Assembly (NCBI GenBank): GCA_014905635.1
Contig: JABVCE010000025.1
Coordinates: forward strand, 186,001-250,000
Reading direction: 5' to 3'
Length of the DNA: 64,000 nt
Source of the DNA: Scenedesmus sp. PABB004
Taxonomy: Eukaryota
Part shown: positions 24,654 through 36,723 of the stretch, in pieces
Layout: every line of letters starts with the position of its first letter
Position numbering within the stretch: position 1 is the stretch's first letter
Notes under the pieces: generated by a model
Database searches by the model: none
What the model was told of the DNA's origin: nothing
Seen by the model: only the letters and a program-made list of their open reading frames with translations
Position numbers and translations under genes: made by a program

Positions 24654-25044
24654 GGGGCAGGAGCAGCTGGAGGGCGGTCGCGGCCCTGCGAGAGGGCCGC
24701 GCGGGGGCGCCCCAGGCGAGCGGGGCGCTGCATGTGCAGGGCGGCGAGGGAGCTTGCAGTGCGGGCGGGCCGCAGTGCCTGTACATGTACCGAGAGTGTG
24801 GCGGCGTGATTGCCGCGCGGCGCCGTGGTGACTGCTTGCGGCCAGGCAGCCAGGGGAACGCCTGCGCCGCGCGCCGGCGGCGGCGGCGCAGGCATGTGGC
24901 CGGCCGCACGGGGGATGCTGTCGGCGCGAGCCCCCGAGGGTTGGGTCGGTGCGGGGCGCCCACACACGTGCCTTGCGCGCTCGCACGTTTTGCTGCGCTC
25001 CCGGGGCGCGTTGCGAGCGAGTGCCCACCATGTGACGGCGCGAC

Positions 25045-25049
25045 TGTAA
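25045..25049 (+). promoter_or_regulatory. TGTAA poly(A) signal (TVP38-like gene)
   Basis: TGTAA ~390 bp after the stop. Confidence 0.5.
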
Positions 25050-25193
25050 CGGACGCGCCGCTCGCTCGCTTGCACCCGCACCACAGGCCGCGCGAGCCAG
25101 CGAGGCCGCCGCCCTGCCCCCCGCCTCGTTCGCCCCCGGCGGCGGCACGGGCCGCCGCTGCCGCCCCGCGGCCGCTGCCGCCGCGCCGCGCGC

Positions 25194-27266
25194 TCACGCG
25201 CGGCCGAGCGTGCGCTTGACCTGCGCGACGATGTCGGCGACCTGCGGGAAGGACATGGCCTCCAGGTTGGCCGCGTACGGCGTCGGCACCTCGGCGCCCG
25301 CGACGCGGCCGACGGGGGCGTCGAGCTCGTCAAAGCACTCCTCCATCACGACCGCCGCGATCTCCGCGCCCACGCCGCTCGACGGCCAGCCCTCCTCGAC
25401 CGTGACGAGGCGGTGCGTCTTGGCCACGCTCGCCGCGATCGCGGCGCGGTCGAGCGGCTTGATGCTGCGCAGGTTGATGACCTCACAGTCGATGCCCTCC
25501 GCCGACAGCTTCTCCGCCGCCTCGAGGCTGAAGCCAACCTGGCGGCGCGGCGGGGCGCGCGGGGGCGCGGCGCCGCGGCCGTGGTCAACGGCCGGCGCGG
25601 CGCGGCGGCGTGCGCTGCGGCTGAGCGTGCTGTGCGCGCAGCGCGACCCCCGCGCCGCGCACCATCTTGCTGAACGCCGTGATCGTCACGTCCTTGCCCG
25701 GCCGCATGACCTTGGCCTTGCCGATCGGCAGCGTGAAGTCCTTGTCCAGCACCTGCGTGCCACACAGCGCGGCGGCGGAGCGAGGGCGGCGGCGCCCTGC
25801 CGTCGGTGCGCCGCGCGCGACGTGCCGTGCCGTGCGCCGCGCCTGCTGCGCCCGCCCGCCGCGTGCAGCCGCCGCGCGGCAGCCGCGCACCTCCTGCGTG
25901 ACGGGGAAGGGCGTGCCGTAGAGCAGCTCGTTCTCCAGGAAGATGACTGGGTCGGGGTCCCGGATCGCCGCCTTGAGCAGGCCGCGCGCGTCCTCGCTGT
26001 CGTACGGTGCGAGCACCTTGAGCCCGGGCACGCTGCTGTACCACGCGGCAAAGCACTGCGAGTGCTGCGCGCCGACGCCCGCGGCGGCGCCGTTGGGGCC
26101 GCGGAAGACGATCGGGCACGAGATCTGGCCGGCCGACATGTAGAGCGTCTTGGCCGCGGAGTTGATGATCTGGTCGATCGCCTGCATGGCAAAGTTGAAG
26201 GTCATGAACTCACACACCGGCCGGATGCCCGCAAACGCAGACCCCACGGCGATGCCCGTGAAGCCGTGCTGCGCGGGGCGGCGAGACGAGGAGGCGGAGG
26301 GGCGAGGCGGAGGGGCGGGGCGCAGGGTGAGCCGGGCGGCGCTGCAGCGCCGCGGCGCGTCGCGCCCGCGGCCGCGCCTGCTGCCGCCGCCGCCGCTGCC
26401 GGCGGCGCCGGGTCGCCCGCGCCCGGCGGGCGGCAGGCTGTCGCGGCCCGCGGCGCCGGCGCGCCACCGGCGCAGCTGCTGGGCGGGCGGGCTGCTGCAG
26501 CGCGCCGCTGGCGCGGGCGCCGCCGCGCCGCCGCGCGCACCTCCGTGATGGGGGTGTCGCGGACGCGCTCCGCGCCGTGCTTCTGCAGCAGGCCCCTCGT
26601 GATCTGCGGCGGGCGCGGCGGCGGACGCGCGCGAATGCTCGCGCCGCGCGTGCGCGGCGGCGCGCGGCCGCCCCGCCGGGGCCAGCGGGCGCGGCCCCTG
26701 CTCCAGGCGCGTGCGCGCCGCCCCGCCGGCGCACCTTGTAGGCGCCCTGGTACTCGCCGACCTGCGGCGGCGGAGAGCGTGAGCGGCGGCGGCGGCGGCA
26801 GCAGCGGCGAGTGAAACCCTACTGCTGTGCGGCTTCGGCGCCCGCCGGCGCGCGGCGCGCAGCCCGCACCTCCTCGCCCAGGATGTAAACCTTGTCGTCC
26901 CGCGTCATCTCCTCGTCCAGCGCGGAGTTCAGGGCGTCACGCACCGTCATCTGCGCGGGGGCGGGCTGTGATGGGCTGCCAGATTGCAGGCCGCCCAGAG
27001 CCGCGCCGCGGGGCCGGGAGCGGCCCGCGGCGTCGCCAGGGGCTGCTCCCGAGCACCACCTCACCTCCGACGTGGCTGCTGCAGCGAATCCCCGGCTCCA
27101 CGCGCCGAGCTGCCGGCTCGCTGCTTGCGCCTGCGCATGCCGCGGCAGCAGCAGCGCGCGTGAGCGCCGGGCGGCCGCCCAGCGCAGCCCTGCGGCACCG
27201 GCACGGTCCGCTCACAGCTAGGGCTAGGCATCCCGAGGCCGCGGGCGACGCCAGCCGCGACAGCAT
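25194..27266 (-). CDS. PDHB: Pyruvate dehydrogenase E1 beta subunit, mitochondrial
   Basis: [84 protein letters not shown]. Confidence 0.96.
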
Positions 27267-27590
27267 GGCGGGCGAGGGCGTGGGCGATGCTCAGCGCCGT
27301 CCCTTGCCGTCCGCGAGCGCCGTCGCGGCGGCGTGCGAAGCCTGGCGCCTCGATCGGACCAGCGTCGGGCAGGGGCGCGATCGCTCTGCGACCGGCGGGC
27401 CGGCGACGGCGGGAGAGCGCGCGGCGCTCTGCAAAAACCGCGCCGCCCGTCCGGCTGCCTTGTCCAGTTCCTCCCCGAACCCGGCCCCGCCCACAGTCCC
27501 AGTCCGCACGCGCCAGTCGCGCCGCCCACCGCCGTGCCCCACCGCCGACCGAGCGCGGCCCCGCAGGCGACGACGCGGCGGCGGCGAGGG

Positions 27591-29018
27591 ATGGGCCTGC
27601 TGCGCACGCTGCTCGCGGCGCTCGGCTACCCCCGGGCGCAGAGCTTCACGCACACAGACGAGGCGGCCTTTCGCTCGCTGGTGGCGTGGCTGGAGAACGT
27701 CAAGGCGCGGCGCGGGAGGGGAGGGGCGGCGGTCGGCGGGCAGCGGGCAGCGGCGGCAGCAGCGCGCGGCGGCCGACGCCACCCGCGCCGCCGCCGCCCG
27801 CGCCGTGCGCCGCGCAGATCCGACACTACCCCGTGGCGGAGCGGGGGCCGCTGGGCGACCTCGAGGGCGCAGACTGGCCGGCGGCGTTTGAGCAGGCGCG
27901 GCGGCGGCGCCGCCGGCTGCGCGGGCGGCGCCCGCGCGCGGGCTGCGACTGCCGCGCCCGCCCGCCACGCTCCGCTCCGCAGTACGTCGCGGACCTGGAG
28001 TGCCCGTTGGCGCTCGCCGCCGACAACCGCCAGGCGGTGCTGGAGTGGGTGCTGAGCTTCGCAGTCAGTCTGGAGTACACGGACAGCGGTGCGGCGCGCC
28101 GGCCCGCCGCTCCCGCCGCCACGCGCCGCAGCCGGCCCCCGCCCGGCGCGCGCCGACCCGTTGCGCTGCCCGCCGCGCAGCGGAGCAGTACGCGGCAACC
28201 GGCGCGGAGCTGCAGCAGCAGCACGCGGCGGACGAGCACCGCGCGGCGGCCAAGGGGCAGCAGCCCTTCCCGGACCGTGAGCGCTTGCGGCGTCGCGCCC
28301 TGCGGCGCCGCGCCCTTCCGCCGCCGCCGCGGCCCGGGCCTCACGCGCGCCCGCGCCCGCGCAGTGCACGCGCCCGAGGTGCAGGCGCACCTGGCGGCGC
28401 TGCTGCAGCTGCTGCACGTGGACACCAGCCAAGGCGGCCTCACGGACCACCTGCGGGTGCGTGCGCCGCGCGGCGACCAGGGCGCGCCCCGCCGCGCCCG
28501 ATCTCACGCCCTGCCTGCCCCCGCGCAGGCGGCCAAGGAGTGCTTGTGCGATGCTGTGCTGCCCAGCCTGACCGACGCGAGCGTGCAGCACACCGTCGCG
28601 GCAGGCAACGTGGACGGCGTGCCCCTGGGCTTTGACACGGGCGGTGCGCCACTGCCGCCGCTTGCCGCCGCCGCCGCCGCCTCCGCTGCGCCGCGCCGTG
28701 CCTCGGCCCCCGTCGCGGCCGCCCCACGACGCGCCGCGCCGCGCAGACGCGCGCGTGGACGGCCTGGCGCGCGTGCTGCGGCTGCTGTACATCAAGGACC
28801 TGCGCGGCCTGCAGACCGCGATCGACCACATGCTGGTGCAGGCGCAGGTGCGGGCGGCGCCGTGCGGCGACGCGCACACGCGCCGCTGCGCCGGCTGACG
28901 GCTGCGTGCTCGCCGCGCCGCCGACGGCTGCGTGCTCGCCGCGCCGCCGCCGGCTGCCGCGCAGGAGTTCACGGCCAACCCCAGGACAGACGCGAGCTTG
29001 GGCAGAGTTGGGCACTGA
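27591..29018 (+). CDS. RTRAF: RTRAF/CGI-99/C14orf166 (RLL motif) homolog
   Basis: LAALGYP..FRSLVAWLENVK/IRHY..DWP..ECP; LGFDTG; ARVLRLLYIKDLRGLQTAID; TANPRTDASLGRVG. Confidence 0.88.
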
Positions 29019-29266
29019 GCGCGCGCGGCACGGGCGGCCCGGTTGCGTTGGCGCGGTCGAGCGCGGCGCTGCTTGTTACGAGCGCGCAACCCCGACGGCC
29101 CGCCTGTCTTGGACCCGCGCGCGAAAGGCCAGCGCGCGCAGCGCGCGCGGACACCCCGGCGCACGGGCGCCGTGCCGCCGCCCCCGCGCCGCGCCGGCGC
29201 CGCTGGGGCAGCGCGCGGTCGCGGCACGTCCGAGTCGATTCACTGACTCAATTCAGCACTCCAAGT

Positions 29267-30110
29267 TCACTTTTTGGGCAGCTTGGCCTGGATGTCTGCC
29301 TTGAGCTTCGGCACCTTGCCTGCGTACTCGTCCGCGCAGCCGTCCATGCACGCCGCCACGCGCGCCTGCGCGCGCTCGATGTCCTTGTCCTTGGGCTCGG
29401 CCGGCAGCGAGTCCTGCGCACCCGGCGGCGGCCGCCCGCGGCGGCGGCCCTCGGTGGCGCCCCTCGGTGGCGGCCCGCGGCGGCGGCCCGCGGCGGCCGC
29501 CCGCGGCGGCGCCCCTCGGCGGCGGCCGGGCCTCGGCGGCGGCCGTGCCGTGCAAGCGCGCGCCCCGCACGCACCCGCGCCTGGTCGTCGCAGCGGACGA
29601 GGCAGCGCTGGAAGCGGGCCTGAAAGTCTTGGAGGCCGCCGTAGATCGCCTGATGGGCCGTCTGCACGCGCTGCTGACAGTTGACCGTGCTGCGGTCGCC
29701 CGGCGGCGCGTCGCGGGGGCCGGTCGGCGGGCAGCGGGCTCGTTGCTGTCGGCAGCACCGCTGCCGCGCCGCGCCGCACCACTGCTGCAGCGCCGCCATG
29801 TCCAGCGGCTTGTCGCAGCACGCCGCGCTGCAGAGGAACGCCTGCTTTTGCAGCGGCACCAGCTGCTTGCGCTGCAGCTCGTCCATGGCGCCCTCGATCG
29901 CCTGCGCGGCGCAGGCGGCCGGCGGCGCGCGGCGTGGCGCCGTGTGCTGCCGGGCGCCGTGTGCTGCCAGTGCCGTGCTGCTGCCCGCGCGCGCCCCGCT
30001 GCTGCCAGGCGCCGTGTGCCGCTGCCAGCGCCGTGCTGCTGCCGGCGTGCGCACGCCGCTGCCCGCGCGCGCACCCCCTGCAGCTTGACCACTGACGGGG
30101 GCGTCGCCAT
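29267..30110 (-). CDS. FAM136A / DUF842 protein
   Basis: LVPLQKQAFLCSAACCD, FQARFQRCLVRCDD, CMDGCAD twin Cx3C pattern. Confidence 0.88.
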
Positions 30111-30483
30111 GGCCACCCTCTCGAGCGGACGCTGGGGCGCTGGCTGCGGCGAGCTCACGCGGGCGCGGCGGCGGCAGCGAGAGCGGCGGCGGCAGCGAGA
30201 GCGGTGGCGACAGCGGCGGCGGCGGCGGTCGCGACGGCCGGGAGATCGCGGTGTCGCGGAATGGGTGACGCGCGCGGGCGGGCCGAGCTGCACCGCCCAG
30301 CCGGCCGAACCGCCGCCGGGACGCCGCCGCGGCGCGGCGGTGCCCCGCCGGAACTGCCGCGCTCGCCCGCGTCGCGCCACACTGGCCATCCGACGCGCCT
30401 CGCCACCGCCACACGCCGATCGGGCCTGCGGCGGCAGCGGCAGCAGCAGCAGCGCGCCGCCCGCCCGCCCGCAGCGCAGCGGG

Positions 30484-32367
30484 ATGGCGGAGCTCGCGCT
30501 GGGCGGCCTGCCCACGCCCGAGCAGGACGCGCCGGGCGCGGAGGCCGCCAGCGGCGCCCCGCCGCCGCCTGCGCCCGTGGCGGCGCCGCCGCCGCCGCAG
30601 CCCGCGCAGCAGCCCGTGGGCGTGCCAGCAGGCGCGCCTGCGCCCACGGCGCCGACGCAGCCGCCGCCCGCGCCGCCCGCGCCGCACCCGGCCGGCGGCG
30701 GCGGCGGCAGCCTGCGGGCCCCCACGCCGCCGGGCGGCGGCGCCGGCGGCGCCGCCGGCGCGGGGCCGGGCGGCGGCCTGAGCCGGCTGGAGCGCGCGAT
30801 GGCGCAGTACATGGTCACGATCATCGCCAAGTACAAGGAGGCAGACCCGTTCAGGCAGCCCGTCGCGTGGGAGGTGCGCCGCGCCGTGTGTGTGCCGCCG
30901 CTCCAAGCGCCGCGCGCCGCCGCTCCAAGCGCCGCGCGCCGCGCCTCCACACGCGCGCGCGGCGCCTCCCCGCGCAGGCGCTCGGCATCCCTGACTATCC
31001 CCAGGTCATCACGCAGCCCATGGACCTCCGCACCATCCGCGAAAAGGTGCGGCGGCGCCCCGGCCGCGCCCGTCGCGCCCGCGCGCGCGCCGCGCCCGCT
31101 TCCCACGCCGCGGCCGCGCCCGCGCGGCGCCGCAGTTGCGGTCGGGCGCGTACGCGAGCGTGGAGGCGTGGCGGGGCGACATGGCGCTCATCTGGGCCAA
31201 CGCGCGGCGCTACAACGGCGAGGGCCACCCCGTGAGCCTGTGCGCGGCAAAGCTCGAGTCGGCCATGCAGCGGCGCGCGGACGAGGCGTGGGACGCCGCG
31301 GCGCGCGAGCTCGCGCAGCTGGAGCCCGGCGCCGGCGCGCCGCCGGGCGGCGCCGAGCCCGGCGCGGGCGTGGGCGCGGGCGCGGGCGCCGCGCTGCCGG
31401 GCTGGCTGGGCGCCAAGGCGGCGCGCGGCAAGCATGGGCGCGACTTTGCGGCGCTGCGCGGCGGCACCGCGTCGGCGCCGGGCAGCGACAACGACAGCGC
31501 CGACGACCGGCCCGCGAAGCGGCGCGCGCTCGGCGCCGGCGGCAGCGGCAGCGGCCTCGCGGGTGGCGAGCCCGTCGCCTCCGCCGAGCCCGGCGCGGAG
31601 CCCGCCGCCACCGAGCCTGGCGCTGAGCCCGGCGTCGCGGCGCCGGCCTGCGTCGACTACGGGCTAATGCAGAAGCTGAGCAACACGTCCGCGGCGCGCC
31701 AGCTGGGCGCAGCGGGTGCGGCGGCGCGTGCGCGCGCGCGCGCGCCGCGACGGGGCACAGCGGGAGCCCGCCCGCGCGGCCGGCCGCGCCGACGGCGCTT
31801 TGCCGCCGCCGCGCGCCGCCGCCGCCCGGCGCAGACGCGGACGACGTGGCCTTCCTGGCGGTGTGGAAGCGCGTGCTGGCAAAGCGCGCGGCGGCGGTGC
31901 GCGAGGCCGACGCGCTGCGCGGCCGCGTCGCGGAGCTGCAGGCGCAGCTCGAGGCCGAGGCGGCCGCGCGCGCCGCGGCGGAGGCCAAGCTCTCGGAGCA
32001 GCACCGCATGATGGAGCGCCAGCGCCAGCTCCTGGAGCAGCAGCAGCAGGTCGTGCGGCAGGTGCTGCTCAAGCAGCAGCAGGCCGCGACGACGGCCAAG
32101 CCGGCGCCGCCGCAGCCGCAGCAAAACGGGGGCACCGGCGGCGAGGGCGGCGCGGGCGGCGCGGGCGGGGAGCGCGGGGAGGGCGGCGACGGGGGTGCGG
32201 GCGCGGCGCCCGACGCGGCGCCCGACGCGGCGCCCGTCGCGCCCGACGCGGCGGCGACGGTCGCCGCAGCGGCGCCCGAGCCGGCGGCCGAGGCGGCGGC
32301 GCCCGCCGTCGAGGCGGCGCCCGGGCCCGCGGCGGGCGCGGGCGGCGCCGCGCCGATGGAGGCGTGA
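30484..32367 (+). CDS. Bromodomain protein with C-terminal coiled coil
   Basis: [42 protein letters not shown]. Confidence 0.88.
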
Positions 32368-32709
32368 GCCGCGGCGGGGGTTGGGCGCCGCTGCCGTGCC
32401 CGCTGGGAACAGCTCGGAGTCGCTCACAAGGCTCGCCGCGCCTCCCTGCGCAGCGGCAGCCGCCCGCGCGCTCCGCGGCGCCGGCTCGCTGCCGGCCGCC
32501 TGCGCCGCCCCCGCGCGCGGTTTGGAGCCTTCCAGATCACAACCAGCGCGTCGGGCGGCACGTTCGGCGCCCGGGCCGCCGGCCCGAGGTTTGGGGTCTG
32601 GACGTGGCGGGCGCTCATGCGCCGGCCGCGCGCGTGCCCCGCCCTCTTCCCTGACCGCAGCCACGCGCGTGGCACGCCAGTCGGCGAGTCCAGCGCACGA
32701 CCGGGCACC

Positions 32710-34263
32710 ATGGGTCGCATGCACTCGGTGCGGGCGGCGGCGGCGCGCCCGGCCTCGCGCGCGCGCTGATCGTGGTGCCAGGGCGCGCGTGTGCCCGCCC
32801 CGCGCCCGCCCCGAGCCCGCCCGGCCCTGGCGTGGCCGCGGCGGCCGCCATCATCCTGCGCGCTCACGCCCTCCCTCCGCGCCGCCCGCGCGCTCCGCAG
32901 AAGGGCAAGGGCATGAGCTCCTCGGCCATGCCCTACAAGCGCACGCCGCCGAGCTGGTGCAAGACCACCCCCACGGAGGTGCGCCGGCGGCGCAGCAGCG
33001 GCGGCAGCAGCCGGCGCTGCACACCCGCAGCAGCGCGGCCCTCGGCCTGCCAAGCGGCGGCGGCGCCTGCAGCGGCGGCGCCTGCAGCGGCGGCTTAGCG
33101 CCAGCGCGCCGCTGCGCGCTGGCAGCCGCGGCCGGGCGCCGCGCCGACGGCTGCGTGCCCCCCCCCCTCCTCGTCTCTGCTCTCGTCCGCGCATGCCAGG
33201 TGACGGAGCACATCTGCAAGCTCGCCAAGAAGGGCATGACCCCGAGCGCGATCGGCGTGCTGCTCCGCGACAGCCACGGCATCCCGCAGGTCGCGAGCGT
33301 GACGGGCAGCAAGATCCTGCGCATCCTCAAGGCCAGCGGCCTCGCGCCCGACCTGCCGGAGGACCTCTACTGCCTCATCAAGAAGGCCGTGTCCATGCGC
33401 AAGCACCTCGAGCGCAACAGGAAGGACAAGGACGGCAAGTTCAGGCTCATCCTCATCGAGTCGCGCATCCACCGCCTCGCGCGCTACTACAAGGTGTGCG
33501 GCGTGTCGGCGCCCGCGACGACGCGCGGCCACGCGCGACGACGACGCCGGCCGGCCGACCGACACACGCGCGAGACGCGGCGCCGCCGCTGGGAAGCGGC
33601 GGCGCGCGCGCAGGGATGGGGCGTGCCGGTGTGCGGCGCTCGTCGCCCGCGCTGGGCGCCGCCAGTCCCGCGGCTCGCCGCTGAGCCGCGCCGGGGCCGC
33701 GCGCCCTCTCCCGCCTCGCGGGGGAGGGCCGCGGCCCCGGCGCCGCTGCGTGGTGCCCCCGGGCACCCGCAGCCAGCAGCAGCCGCCGGCTCGCGTGACC
33801 CGGCGCCGCCAACACCCCGGTGTGCGGTGTCGGGCGCGCGAGCCAGCCCCACGCCAAGGGCGCGGCACCGCGCCCGCCCTTGGCCTCTGGGGTGCGCGGT
33901 AAGGCTGATGCGGGCCGCCGCCGTCGCCGCTCGCGGCGGCGGCGCGCGCGCCCGCGCAGCCCGTTGGTGGCGACGGCGCGCTGGGGCGCGCGCGGGAGGC
34001 GGGGGCGCGCGGGCCGGCCGGGGCGGCGCAGCGCGCCGCAGCGGCAGCGCGGGGACGGCGGGCAGGCGCGCCGCGCCGCGGGCGGGGGCGGGGCGCGCGG
34101 CGGCGGCGACGACGCCGCCGCGCGCCCCCGCGCCCCGCCGCCCCGCCGCCGCTGAGCGCGCCCCGCCGCCGCCGGCCGCGCGCCATCGCCCCCGCAGAAG
34201 GCCCGCAAGCTGGCACCCAACTTCAAGTACGAGTCCTCCACCGCCTCCACCCTGGTGGCCTGA
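32710..34263 (+). CDS. RPS13: 40S ribosomal protein S13 (uS15); exons 32710-32727, 32901-32978, 33200-33493, 34198-34263
   Basis: [20 protein letters not shown]...[31 protein letters not shown]/..[12 protein letters not shown]. Confidence 0.98.
33766..33914 (+). ncRNA. Candidate structured intronic RNA element (three-way junction) in RPS13 intron 3
   Basis: Manually paired helices 33788-33844 and 33846-33893, closed by 33782-86/33896-900; overlaps a GTAAGG donor at 33899; not computed. Confidence 0.4.
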
Positions 34264-34430
34264 GCGGCCCCGGGCGGCGGGCGGCGCACGCGCCCTGGCG
34301 CGTGCCGCCGCGGGCGGCGGCGACGCCGTCCCGGCGCGCGCGCCGGGCGCCGGAGCGGCGCGCGCGACGTGCGGCCGCGGCCCCGCTGGTCGGGGCCCGG
34401 GGGCGGCGTGGGGCCCGTCTCCGCCCGCCC

Positions 34431-34435
34431 TGTAA
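34431..34435 (+). promoter_or_regulatory. TGTAA poly(A) signal (RPS13)
   Basis: TGTAA ~170 bp after the RPS13 stop. Confidence 0.6.
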
Positions 34436-34846
34436 CCTGCGGCGCACGAACGCCTGACGCCGGCAGGCCGCCGCGACAAGCCACGCAGCTTGTGCCCGCG
34501 CAGGCAGCAGCAGCGGCGCGCGCAGGGCCTGCGGTCAGCCCTCGTTACCCGGCCGGTCAGCAGATGCGCAGGCATCAGGCGCTCTCTCGCAGCGCGCGTG
34601 CCGCGGTCGGCGTGGGCGCACACGCAGCCTGACCCCGCGTCTCGCCGCCGCGGCTTTGCAGCTGCGGCCCGACCGCCCAAAAAATCACTCCACCGGCTCC
34701 CGACTGATGTACAGGCGCCCACGCGCGCGACAACAACCGCGCATGATGGCAGGTATGGTACACCGACGCAACGCAGCACGCGGCGGCAGCGGGGCCCCGC
34801 GGCCGGCCGGCCGGGGCGCCGCCGCGCGCGCTCGCGCGCGCGCCCG

Positions 34847-35500
34847 TCACGGCGTCCCCTGCACGTCCTGGAACTTTTTCCACAGGCCGATTAAGACGTC
34901 GATGTCGGCCGGCTCCATTGCGAGCAGCTGCGGCGCAAACGCGAGCGCCACGTGGCGCACCTGCTCGTCGTCGAAGCCGTGCGACTTCTTGAGGTGCAGG
35001 ATCGCGGCGCCCGCGCGCGCGACGCTGCTCTCCACCAAGATTTCAGGCGACGTCGCTATGAGGTTCTTGATCTGGCCGGCGCTGAAGCCATACACGACAA
35101 AAAAGTCCAGCCAGGCGGCGAGCTCCGCGCGCAGCAGGCGCGGCTCGGCGCGCAGCAGCCGCTCCAGCCCGGCGTCGCCGAACAGGGCGCGCAAGCGCTC
35201 CAGCCCCGTCTCCAGATCCACCAGCTGGGCCGGCTCGACCGGCCGCAGCCCCTCCAGCGGCCCCGCCGCCGCCGCGAGCTCGGCGGCAGCGGGCGGCGCG
35301 AGCCCGCTTCGCTGCAGCAGCGCAGTCAACTCCGGCAGCTGCCCTTCCCCCGTGCCGCTCGCGCGCAGCCAGAGGCGCAGCTCACGCACGAGCGCGGCCT
35401 GGTGCGGCGCCTTGGCGGGGCTGAGCGGGCGCGGCGGCGGCGGACGCGGCGCGGCGCTCGCTGCCTTCTGCAGCTGCGCGCCGAGCGTGCCACGCAGCAT
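34847..35500 (-). CDS. Organelle-targeted helical-repeat protein, mTERF-like (single exon)
   Basis: Coding-type codon use; repeats LERLLRAEPRLL, IKNLIATSPEIL, VALAFAPQLL resemble mTERF motifs. Confidence 0.6.
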   Translation of the reverse strand: MLRGTLGAQLQKAASAAPRPPPPRPLSPAKAPHQAALVRELRLWLRASGTGEGQLPELTALLQRSGLAPPAAAELAAAAGPLEGLRPVEPAQLVDLETGLERLRALFGDAGLERLLRAEPRLLRAELAAWLDFFVVYGFSAGQIKNLIATSPEILVESSVARAGAAILHLKKSHGFDDEQVRHVALAFAPQLLAMEPADIDVLIGLWKKFQDVQGTP

Positions 35501-35682
35501 CGTGGACGGACGGTGTGATACGCGGGGGGACGGGAGGGGGCTACCGGAACGGTGCGCGCGGCGGTTTGAGCGACGGAGCGTCGCTGCGCCGCAACCGTCG
35601 TTCGGACCGCGCCCGCTCAACAGGGGATGTTGCACGCGCGGCTCGCCGCGCCGCCGCCGCCGCCGCCGCCGCCGCACGGCTG

Positions 35683-36723
35683 CTAGTTTGGGAACAGGCG
35701 CTTGACCTGGTTCATCGTCACCTTCTTCCGGCACTTGGGGCACTGCTTGTTCTTCTTAACCTGCTCAAAGAGGCACGGCTGGAAGCAGAAGAGGTGCCTG
35801 CGGCGGGCGCGTGCGGCGTCCTCCTCGCGCGCCCGCCCACCGCCGCGCCGCCGCCGGCGCGCCGCCGCCGCCGCCGCCACCACGCCGCGCGCCCGCGCGC
35901 GCGCTCACCCGCACGGCGTGGTCGCGAGGTTGTCCATGCCGACGCCCTCCAGGCAGATGAGGCATTTGATCAGCGGCTCCGGCGACGCCGCGCGCTCCGG
36001 CGGGGGCGCCTCGGCCCACGTCGGCAGCGCCCCGCCGCCGCGCCGCTGCTGCTGCTGCTCCTGCTGCTGCTGCTGCGCCGCCTGCGCGTGCGGTCGCTGG
36101 CGCGCGAGGCGGGGGCGCTTGATGACCGCGGTGATGACGACCTGATCGTCGTCCGTGTCGGAGCCGCTGCTGACGACCACGACGTCGGCATCGTCATCCG
36201 CGGGGCGCGCGCGGCCGCGCGGCGCGGCCTGCCCCGGCGCCGCCGCCGCGGCGGCCGCGGCCGCCGCGGCCGGGGCCGCTGCCGCCGCTGCGGCCTGCGA
36301 GGACCCCGCGCCAGGCGCCGGCTGCTGCGGCGACTGCTCGCCGCTCGGCCCCGCCGCGCCCTGGTCGCCGGCGTCGCCGCCCGCTCCCGCCGCGCGGCTG
36401 GGCAGCCGGATCACGAGGCCTGCGCCGGGCGAGCGGCGGCCGGTGCTGGGCTGCCGCGCGGCGGCGGCGCGGCGCGGCGGCGTCTGCGCCGGCGCAGCGG
36501 CGCACCTCGCCGGCCGGACCCGGACGGCGGCGAGGTAGTGGGCTTGTTGCGCGCGCGTGTGCCGCCGGCGGGGCTCTCCAGCGGCCGCGCCGCCGGCTCT
36601 GCTGCGGCTGTGCTCGCCATGGCGCGTCACAACCCTTGCTGCGGCGCGTGCTCCTGCGGCGCGCTCCTGCGGCGGCGGGAGTCCCCCCTTGATGGCTGCT
36701 GCTCTGCGGGCCCCAGCGCCCAT
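35683..36723 (-). CDS. C-terminal RING E3 ligase with SIM-like motifs (RNF4/STUbL-like); start uncertain
   Basis: CLICLE..ATTPCG/HLFCFQPC..CPKCRKK; acidic-flanked DVVVVS and DDQVVI motifs. Confidence 0.75.

Noticed and set aside
33766..33914. Intronic snoRNA in RPS13
   Set aside because: A CTGA lies near the 3' stem but there is no box C (RTGATGA) and no H (ANANNA)/ACA boxes at the expected positions
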